This document shows, one piece after another, positions 28,879-36,473 of a stretch of DNA of 49,822 nucleotides (position 1 is the stretch's first letter; each line of letters starts with the position of its first letter). The notes below the pieces were generated by a model. The model was not told where the DNA came from. It made no database searches and was given only the letters and a program-made list of their open reading frames with translations. The position numbers and the translations under genes are program-made. Source of the stretch: Rhodothermales bacterium (lineage in GTDB: Bacteria > Bacteroidota > Rhodothermia > Rhodothermales > DASSAV01); contig DASSAV010000055.1 in the NCBI GenBank assembly GCA_035699265.1, positions 1-49,822 on the forward strand, read 5' to 3'.

Positions 28879-29922
28879 TCAGGTCGGGCGCGGATACTTT
28901 GCGAACCGGACAAAACGGCTGCGAAAACGGGCAAACATCTCGTCCTTGACCGTATAATGCCGCGCGTGGTGCTTGCGGCGAATCTGGAAATTCCAGTAAG
29001 CTGTCTTAACCACCAGGTTCGCCCGCGCCCCGAGTGATAGCCGGTGCTTTGCGGATTCATATCTGAATTCGCTCATTTCAGAAGCACAGATCCTTTCAAT
29101 GGTCGCAACCACAGGCGGATCGAGTTTACGCATCCACTGGTCCCGCATGTCCGTCGAGATGGGCCTTGTCGCTGCCATGTTGAAGTCCGTTGCCGCATCC
29201 GGCATCATAAATCGGTCAGCATCCTCATAAAAACGAAGCATCTGCGGCTCGTAACGCTCCCCCAGAAAGTCACAAACGAATTGGGTCGCCTCCGCAGGGG
29301 CCTCCACCAGATCCTCGTAACGAAGGGTGATCCGCTGTGAAGCAGGAACGGACTGCTCGAGTATCGCTCGCCCCTCAGTCATGTACTTGTGCCTGCTGAG
29401 TGCATTGAACACGACGTCGTTCGGGAAAAACGAGGCTCCCATCATGGAACACACGCCTGCCCTGGGGTCGCGTACCATGCAGATAAACTTTGCATCTGGA
29501 AACATCTCCAGAATTACGTCTGCATAGAATAGATTGCCCGGCGTTTTCTCTCCCCACCGTTGCTTACCATGATGGCGCGCCCAAGCCTCTAACAGGATCT
29601 GATAGGGCCGCTTCAGATCTCTTGTATTGCTCCCGAGAATCTCCTGTTGGATTTGCCCCAGGTCGAGACCGCGCAATGGCTTGCAATTGTCGCGGAGAAA
29701 GCGTTGAACGAAGGCAGCATATCGCTCAAACGACACGGGGGGGTTCCGCCACTTTTCAATCCGAACGCCGGCGAGAAACGTGTTGAAATAAGTGAGTTCC
29801 TCCGGAATGGCGATCCTGGAGTGGGAATTCAGTATCAAGCGCAGCAATGTAGTACCGGAGCGATTTGCCCCGACAACGAAGATCGGTGCGTCCATTATGC
29901 GATTCTGCGTGCTGAAACTCAT
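28879..29922 (-). CDS. Sulfotransferase (paralogue of 30752..31750)
   Basis: PIFVVGANRSGTTLLRLILNSHSRIAIPEE and ICMVRDPRAGVCSM. Confidence 0.85.
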   Translation of the reverse strand: MSFSTQNRIMDAPIFVVGANRSGTTLLRLILNSHSRIAIPEELTYFNTFLAGVRIEKWRNPPVSFERYAAFVQRFLRDNCKPLRGLDLGQIQQEILGSNTRDLKRPYQILLEAWARHHGKQRWGEKTPGNLFYADVILEMFPDAKFICMVRDPRAGVCSMMGASFFPNDVVFNALSRHKYMTEGRAILEQSVPASQRITLRYEDLVEAPAEATQFVCDFLGERYEPQMLRFYEDADRFMMPDAATDFNMAATRPISTDMRDQWMRKLDPPVVATIERICASEMSEFRYESAKHRLSLGARANLVVKTAYWNFQIRRKHHARHYTVKDEMFARFRSRFVRFAKYPRPT

Positions 29923-29929
29923 ATCGCAC

Positions 29930-30748
29930 TCACACTCCGGCGCCGCTCAACAGGCTCGTTTCACTGCTCTGCACGAACGTGCGCGTATTCCCGGTGCAGG
30001 CTTGGATGAGGGTCTCGTACTTTTCAAACACCCCGGCGCAATCCCTCCCCAACACGCCGCGAATATCCACGGTCGTTTGCTTCCGGGCTCTCGCCGAATC
30101 AATGCCGCTATTCTTGTAAATCGGGGTATAAGCGTACCCTTCCAGCATCTTGGGCTGATACGTGATGCCCAGGTGCTCGGCAATACCGCGCATGGCAGGT
30201 TGCGGATCGGATACGAGCTGCTCGAATGTGAGCAAGAACAGTTGACCGGAGTAGCACTCGTTGAGTTCGTGGATCACCTCGATGCTCCGCCGCCAGCGGT
30301 AAACAGCCAGGCGGAACGATTTTTTTCCGCGCCCCATGATGGAAGTGACCACCGAGTCCGCATCCCTGACGATGGCCACGAGTTTGAGGGGCCGGCGCGC
30401 CATGTAGTCTTCGATAGATTGACTGGATGCGGGGCGGTACTGAAAGTATCCCCGCCGCTGGAGCTTTCGCTGCCAGGGCCCACCCCGCTCCCTCAGTTCG
30501 ATCTGGTTAGGCACACACAACTTGTTTCCCACCACCCGTTTGCCGATGACCTTGCGCATGGTCCCATTGAGATCCTCATTTAGCATGGCAACCTCATCAT
30601 GGCGGCCGATCATGGCGGTGAGCAGCGTCGTACCCGACCGGGGGGCGCCGAGAACCAGCAAGAATGTCCTGTTATTCATGGCTTCTGAGTGTCCGTAATG
30701 CTGGCGTGTGACGACTCCTGGTGGGTACGCATCCTTCGATCGATGCAC
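29930..30748 (-). CDS. Sulfotransferase
   Basis: FLLVLGAPRSGTTLLTAMIGRH and VAIVRDADSVVTSI. An alternative start (MNNRTF) lies at 30679. Confidence 0.8.
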   Translation of the reverse strand: MHRSKDAYPPGVVTRQHYGHSEAMNNRTFLLVLGAPRSGTTLLTAMIGRHDEVAMLNEDLNGTMRKVIGKRVVGNKLCVPNQIELRERGGPWQRKLQRRGYFQYRPASSQSIEDYMARRPLKLVAIVRDADSVVTSIMGRGKKSFRLAVYRWRRSIEVIHELNECYSGQLFLLTFEQLVSDPQPAMRGIAEHLGITYQPKMLEGYAYTPIYKNSGIDSARARKQTTVDIRGVLGRDCAGVFEKYETLIQACTGNTRTFVQSSETSLLSGAGV

Positions 30749-30751
30749 GTC

Positions 30752-31750
30752 TCAGGTCTGGGCGAGCCATCGCTGCATACGTGCAAACATGGGATACTGG
30801 ACCGTTTGTCCACGTTGTGCGCGGCGGCCCCTTGTCTTCCATTTCCAGTATGCAGATTTGATCGCCTTATTCATCATCGCACTGGCGGGCAGAGACGCCC
30901 CCGTCGGCTCATAATTGAACCGCGTCATCTCGCTCCTGCAGATAGACTCAACGAGGACAATGTCCGGCCTGGACAATGTCTCTTTCCATTTGTCCGCGTG
31001 GACACTGCTTACCGGCTGCGTGACGGTTTCCGTACGGATGACGGTGCCCATGTACCTGCTCGAATCGCGGTGGAAATCGAGCATCGCAGGCTCGAACCGC
31101 TCCCCGATAAACCCGCACGTCGCCTGGAGGCATCCTGCGGGGTCGGCCACGATGTCCTCGTACCGGAGTGTCAAAAGTTGTGATTCCGGCACGGTGTTGC
31201 GCACCAACTCGTAGCCGACGGTTACCGCCTGAAGCCAGTTCAGTGCATTGAAAGCAGTATCGCCGGGGAAATAGACGCTGTTGTTCATGGAGGCAACGAC
31301 AGCCCTCGGATCGCGGACAATCTGGATGAACCGGGCATTCGGAAACATATCATGCAAAATGTCCACGTAGTACAGGTTGTGAGGGGTCTTTTCGCCCCAC
31401 CGCTGTTTCCCGAAATGGCTCGCCCATGCCTCCACGGCTACACGATAGGGTTCCCGCAGGTCTCGTGAATGACTGTCCAGGATCTGCCGGTCGAGATCCC
31501 GAATGCCCACACTATCAAAAATGTGTTGACGTCGCTCCAAAAAATGTCGCACGAACCGCCGGTACTGTTCTTCTCGTAATTGTGGCCGGCGCCAGTTCGG
31601 CCAGTCGAGGTGCGGAAAGGAATTGAAATACTTCAATTCCTGCGGCAGCGCCAGGTGCGAATGCGCATTCAGCATCAATCGCAGCAAGGTGGTGCCCGAC
31701 CGGCTCGCGCCAACGATGAAAACCGGCGATTCCATAAGAATGTCGCTCAT
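30752..31750 (-). CDS. Sulfotransferase (paralogue of 28879..29922)
   Basis: PVFIVGASRSGTTLLRLMLNAHSHLALPQE and IQIVRDPRAVVASM. Confidence 0.85.
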   Translation of the reverse strand: MSDILMESPVFIVGASRSGTTLLRLMLNAHSHLALPQELKYFNSFPHLDWPNWRRPQLREEQYRRFVRHFLERRQHIFDSVGIRDLDRQILDSHSRDLREPYRVAVEAWASHFGKQRWGEKTPHNLYYVDILHDMFPNARFIQIVRDPRAVVASMNNSVYFPGDTAFNALNWLQAVTVGYELVRNTVPESQLLTLRYEDIVADPAGCLQATCGFIGERFEPAMLDFHRDSSRYMGTVIRTETVTQPVSSVHADKWKETLSRPDIVLVESICRSEMTRFNYEPTGASLPASAMMNKAIKSAYWKWKTRGRRAQRGQTVQYPMFARMQRWLAQT

Positions 31751-31751
31751 G

Positions 31752-32750
31752 CTATCGGACCCGTGGAGTCGATCGGATCTGTGTCGCTATAAAACGTCGC
31801 AACTGCCTGGGTCTGAGTAGTTGTGCATACGCGGTGTATCGCAGGATGCCCTCCGACGCGATCCGCTTGTCTTTAATGTCGAGGCACCATTCGACCACCC
31901 GGTGAAAGGACGCCTCTTCCGAAAACCAGTCTTCCCACGCCGCTCGCGCGAGGTGGCCCATCTCCTTCGCCCGTGCTTCGTTTCGTTCCAGAACAGCGGG
32001 AATGGTATGAACCTGGTCCTCTCCGATGCGCAGGCTGAAGCGCTCCCATTCGGGCCCTTCGGGTGGAACCCACTGGTCGGCGATGATCACCGGCGCCCGC
32101 CCCATCTTCAGCGTTTCAAAAAGCCTCAGGGTTGATACCCCTATGCCCCTGGGACACAGAACGAAGGCGCTCTTTTTGACGGCATCGACGTAGCGCAAGT
32201 GATACCGTCCACCTTCTGATGCGTCCTCACCTTCCCTCGGCTTCTCTCTTGTCGTGTCGACTACCATGCCCCTCCGATGCTCCAGGCGCGCAATCCGGCT
32301 CCGCACCGCAGCCGTTCCGATAGCCCCTATGAAGGAGTACAGATACGCATGGTCGCCTGTCGCCGGCTCGCAAACCAGGTGATCCTTTTCCGCAACTTCG
32401 AGGTAGTGTCCGGATCGCACGCGCTGCTTGAACTGCCCCGGCCTCTCTATGGATGCGTACACGCCCGGCAGAAATGGAATGCCCTTGTACCGGGCATTGC
32501 AGACAAAACACTTCTCCCGATACTGCATCGTGTACGGATGGACGCTCACATACTCCAGATTCGCCCCGGCGCCATGCGCCCGTTCCACGAAGATGATTAC
32601 GTCGGCCGCGCCCGGGTCCTCCGTGAGAACGTGCCAGCGGAATTTGTCCTTGCTCGCGCTCCTGAGCAGACGCTCAAGATCGTGGCGTGCATAGTAGGGG
32701 AACCTCCCGTCACCCTCGGGTGCAGCAGAAAGCAGAAGAACTTTCGCCAT
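31752..32750 (-). CDS. Exostosin-family (GT47-like) glycosyltransferase
   Basis: The C-terminal FVLCPRGIGVSTLRLFETLKMGRAPVIIADQWVPPEG matches the exostosin signature (xxCPxGxxxxSxRxxExxxxGxxPVII). Confidence 0.6.
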   Translation of the reverse strand: MAKVLLLSAAPEGDGRFPYYARHDLERLLRSASKDKFRWHVLTEDPGAADVIIFVERAHGAGANLEYVSVHPYTMQYREKCFVCNARYKGIPFLPGVYASIERPGQFKQRVRSGHYLEVAEKDHLVCEPATGDHAYLYSFIGAIGTAAVRSRIARLEHRRGMVVDTTREKPREGEDASEGGRYHLRYVDAVKKSAFVLCPRGIGVSTLRLFETLKMGRAPVIIADQWVPPEGPEWERFSLRIGEDQVHTIPAVLERNEARAKEMGHLARAAWEDWFSEEASFHRVVEWCLDIKDKRIASEGILRYTAYAQLLRPRQLRRFIATQIRSTPRVR

Positions 32751-32805
32751 CGCTCATTTTCAGATCGTCTCCCAATCCAGACCTACGTACGTTTCCGACA
32801 AGATC

Positions 32806-33990
32806 CTATCCCAACCCGGCCCGGCAAAGCAGTTTCAGGACGGCGGGCACATCCACGTGAAAGGTCGCGGCATCCCGCAAATTTCGGTCTCCACACCAGT
32901 AACTGTATCGATGGCCCACCGACTTGCTCAGGTAAAAGTAATGCGGCACGACGTACCTGGCTGGAAACAGCTCGACGACGTGTATGTCCTGCGAGAAAAG
33001 GACATTTACCAGGCCGGAGCCATGCGCTCCCACCACGGCCTCGGCGTCGAAGAACAGCGCTATTTGCTGCTCAATCGGCAACTCCTCAAGCACGACCTCA
33101 CGGAATCCATGCTCCGCCAGTTTCGCCACGAGTTCGTCGTGATTCTCGATGCGCCGCATCCTGGCGCGCTCCCGCGAGATGAGGATGCGCTTGCCCCTCC
33201 TGCTCGCCCGCTTCGGTACAAAATTGCTCCGGATATAATCGACGTATGCCGGAGGAAGGTAGCCGGCAAACCGGCGGGTCTTGAAAGGCGTGAAGATCAG
33301 ATGTTCGACGTCGTAAAGGCTTCCTTCCTCCACCTGCACCACCTTCACGTTTGGAGGGCACAGCCTCGGCAGGAAATACGCTTCTGCGTCCGTGAGACCC
33401 CTCGGACATAACAGCTTGATTTCGGCCAGGTCGGCGAACGGCGATTGATGCAACGCTAGGAGGCGCGGGAAATTATCGACCACGCTGTGATAGTAATTGT
33501 TGTAGCGCGACCGGAGAACCGCTGCGTATCCGGGCACGCGCCGAACGCGCCTGGTGTAGAGCGCACGCATATCTAAGTTGTTCAGCGTACCGGTATTCAG
33601 CGACTCGGACAGGATTTCTTTGGATGACGTCAATACGACGTTGTTGGTCGGGCAGTATTGAGCACGCGGCAAGACGGCCGCATAATCCTCCGGAACGCGG
33701 TAGGTATCTCCTCTGAGATATGCCGCCTGTTCAATGAGGGCCATTTCAGCTACTTCCGGCAGGGAAATCTGGCGCTCCCCCACTCGATTAAAGATCTCCA
33801 GGTGGCCGAAGAGCCGGCTGAAATGCTGAAGTTGGGCGGGCGGATAACGACGCACCCGGTAAAAGGCGCGTCGGAGAAGCTGGAACACCCAACCCGGAGC
33901 CAGCCTCTCGACCCTATCCCGCAGGAGGGATGTCGATTCGGAGAAACCCGAAGGCCCGGAAATGGCCAGGAGGGAGTAATCTCTTCGCAT
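32806..33990 (-). CDS. GT61 / DUF563-family glycosyltransferase
   Basis: NNYYHSVVDNFPRLLAL and ISRERARMRRIENHDELVAKLAEHGFREVVLEELPIEQQIALFFDAEAVVGAHGSGLVNVLF. Confidence 0.7.
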   Translation of the reverse strand: MRRDYSLLAISGPSGFSESTSLLRDRVERLAPGWVFQLLRRAFYRVRRYPPAQLQHFSRLFGHLEIFNRVGERQISLPEVAEMALIEQAAYLRGDTYRVPEDYAAVLPRAQYCPTNNVVLTSSKEILSESLNTGTLNNLDMRALYTRRVRRVPGYAAVLRSRYNNYYHSVVDNFPRLLALHQSPFADLAEIKLLCPRGLTDAEAYFLPRLCPPNVKVVQVEEGSLYDVEHLIFTPFKTRRFAGYLPPAYVDYIRSNFVPKRASRRGKRILISRERARMRRIENHDELVAKLAEHGFREVVLEELPIEQQIALFFDAEAVVGAHGSGLVNVLFSQDIHVVELFPARYVVPHYFYLSKSVGHRYSYWCGDRNLRDAATFHVDVPAVLKLLCRAGLG

Positions 33991-34032
33991 AAACAGTTAG
34001 CGGGTTCTTCCGAAAGGGTGCACAGGTAAACG

Positions 34033-35829
34033 TTATGCGGGTTGGAATTGGAGGGAATGGTACTTCCACAGTTGTCCGCGCCGGGCCAGCAGCTCCTCGT
34101 ACGTCCCCTGCTCCACCACGCGACCGCGTTCCAGGACCACCACCCAATCCGCGTGCTCTACAGTAGAAAGGCGGTGTGCTATTGCGATCACTGTGCGCCC
34201 CTCCATCAACCGCTCGAGTGACTGCTGCACGAGCCTTTCAGAGATACTGTCGAGCGCGCTCGTCGCCTCGTCCAGGATCAGGATCTCCGGATCGCGCAAC
34301 AGAGCCCGTGCGATGGCTATTCGCTGACGCTGACCACCGGAGAGCCGAACGCCCTGATCCCCCAGCACTGTCTCGAAACCGTCCGGCATCTCTTCGATGA
34401 AGTCCAGCGCATTGGCCCGTTCGGCCGCCGCCCGAACATGCGCATCGCTTACCGCGGGCACGCCATACGCGATATTCGCCCGCACCGTGTCGTTAAAGAC
34501 GAAGGCGGCTTGACTCACGACCGCTATCTTTTGTCGAAGCGACGCCACCTTGAATTCGCGGAGATCAATTCCGTCCATCAGAATGCGGCCTGCGGACGGA
34601 TCGAAAAAGCGAGGAATCAGATCGACGAGCGTAGACTTGCCTGCGCCGGATGCGCCGATCAGGGCCGTCGTCTTGCCCCGTTCGATCTTCAGGCTGATGT
34701 CCTCCAGCACGGGCTCCCCGGGCTCGTATGCAAACCAGATATGCTCAAAGACCAGGCTGTTGCGAAACGCAGGCGTATGTATCGATCCATCTGCCAGGTA
34801 CGGCTTATCCTCACGCCGCAGCAGATTTGCGATGCTTGAAAGGGCCGCTCCCATTGAAGCCCATTCTCCTCGCAAGCCGTTCAACTGCTGCACGACCGGC
34901 ATCATGCGGAACAGCGCAAAGAGAAATGCGAGGAGAAGTGCCATGTCCAGCGCACCCGCCAGCACATAGAATTGTACCGCCAGAACGATTACGGCGATGA
35001 GGACCGTACCGACCACCGCTTGTGTGAGCGGCGAAACCAGAAGCGCACGGTTTGTCGTCTCTATGACAGCACTTGCGATGTGGGACGTCGCCTGATTCAG
35101 GCGCTCGCGCTCGAAGGTTTGCATGTTGAAAGCCGTCACCGTGCGAATCCCACTAATGAATTCGGACGCGTGCGAAACGAAGGTGGCGTGCGCGCGCGTA
35201 ACCTTTTCTGAACTGATTCGGATGAGCGTAATCAGCCGCGTCAGGGCGAGCGACATCAGTCCGAAGCTGACGACCACGATCAGCGAAAGCTGCCAGGACA
35301 CGACAATTACGAACACCCCATATACCACCAAAAAGAAGCCGCGGGTAATCAGCGTTACCGTGACGTTGAGTGAATGGCTGATACGTGCCAGTTCAGTCGT
35401 CAGGCTATTAATGAGCTCTCCCGAACGTGTCTTGGAAAAGAAGCGGAGCGACACTGCCTGCAGTTGATCGATCACCCGCATTCGGAGATCCTCCACAACG
35501 AGCGCACGGCTCTTCATGCCGTACACGGAAGACAAATAGCCCAGGATGGCGCGGAGCCACGTACACACGAGGATAAAACCGCAGATACGGTACATGCGTC
35601 GTACCTGCGACAGTCCCGACCCGAGCATCCAATGATCTACGAAATGCCACCCCGTCGCGATCTGTTGGGCTGACGGATCGGCTATGTTCTTTAGAAAAGG
35701 AATGAGCAGACCGATGCTGAAGCCTTCGAAAACGGCCGCGAGCAGGGACAGAAAGACGGTAATCACGATCAGGTGTGCGTACTTCCTGAAGCTCTCCAGC
35801 AGAATTCGATTTTCGTTACGTATCAGCAT
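34033..35829 (-). CDS. ABC exporter with fused permease and ATPase (MsbA/PglK-like type I exporter)
   Basis: Six N-terminal hydrophobic helices. Walker A GASGAGKST, signature LSGGQRQRIAIARALL, Walker B ILILDEATSALD. Confidence 0.9.
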   Translation of the reverse strand: MLIRNENRILLESFRKYAHLIVITVFLSLLAAVFEGFSIGLLIPFLKNIADPSAQQIATGWHFVDHWMLGSGLSQVRRMYRICGFILVCTWLRAILGYLSSVYGMKSRALVVEDLRMRVIDQLQAVSLRFFSKTRSGELINSLTTELARISHSLNVTVTLITRGFFLVVYGVFVIVVSWQLSLIVVVSFGLMSLALTRLITLIRISSEKVTRAHATFVSHASEFISGIRTVTAFNMQTFERERLNQATSHIASAVIETTNRALLVSPLTQAVVGTVLIAVIVLAVQFYVLAGALDMALLLAFLFALFRMMPVVQQLNGLRGEWASMGAALSSIANLLRREDKPYLADGSIHTPAFRNSLVFEHIWFAYEPGEPVLEDISLKIERGKTTALIGASGAGKSTLVDLIPRFFDPSAGRILMDGIDLREFKVASLRQKIAVVSQAAFVFNDTVRANIAYGVPAVSDAHVRAAAERANALDFIEEMPDGFETVLGDQGVRLSGGQRQRIAIARALLRDPEILILDEATSALDSISERLVQQSLERLMEGRTVIAIAHRLSTVEHADWVVVLERGRVVEQGTYEELLARRGQLWKYHSLQFQPA

Positions 35830-35934
35830 TCGAACCTTTCTGTATGACGCTGCCAGGACGCACCGGGCAGGTGCTAACCGCCGGCTTCTATCCTACCCTC
35901 TCCTTTTACACCGGCAGATTCATGCCTCGTACAT

Positions 35935-36405
35935 TTATCTGTCGGCTAGCGTTGCGATACGCAGAACCAGCAAAGCCAGAGATGCAGCTGATCCCGCCCA
36001 CGTGGCTACACTCATCAATCCTATTCTGGTCTTGGTCTCGACCGAGAGCACATCACCGTCCATCAGATCTGGATAGTCTTTCCTTCCCACCAGGATATTC
36101 TCGAACTTGCCGCTGTAAATCTCTCTCCGGCTGCCTTCCGCGCCCCGGTAGATGTGAACGATGGCATTCTGCCTCACGCCGCGAGAAGAAGTACTGACCC
36201 CGCTCAGGTGGACGACCGTGAGGAGTTCGAGCAGATCTGTATCCTGTTCCACCTTCCACACCCCGGGAGACCCGACTGCCCCCAGTACGAAGATTGTTTT
36301 TGTGGGGTACCCGGGCCTGGCATGCGTGAATGCGGATTCTTGCGCGGCGGAAGTAGAGACGAAAGAGAGCAATCCAAGAATTACGAGTGTCGGTCGTAAG
36401 CACAT
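35935..36405 (-). CDS. Small polysaccharide-export-like protein: signal peptide, a single SLBB-like domain and a C-terminal hydrophobic helix
   Basis: MCLRPTLVILGLLSFVSTSAAQE; IFVLGAVGSPGVWKVEQDTDLLELL...IVHIYRG...DYPDLMDGDVLSV (SLBB pattern); C-terminal GLMSVATWAGSAASLALLVLRIA. Confidence 0.5.
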   Translation of the reverse strand: MCLRPTLVILGLLSFVSTSAAQESAFTHARPGYPTKTIFVLGAVGSPGVWKVEQDTDLLELLTVVHLSGVSTSSRGVRQNAIVHIYRGAEGSRREIYSGKFENILVGRKDYPDLMDGDVLSVETKTRIGLMSVATWAGSAASLALLVLRIATLADR

Positions 36406-36473
36406 GTTTCCAGTTACCGATGGTGGTGACGCATAGATAGGGAGTTGCTACACGGGACGATGAAGAGAGCGGT

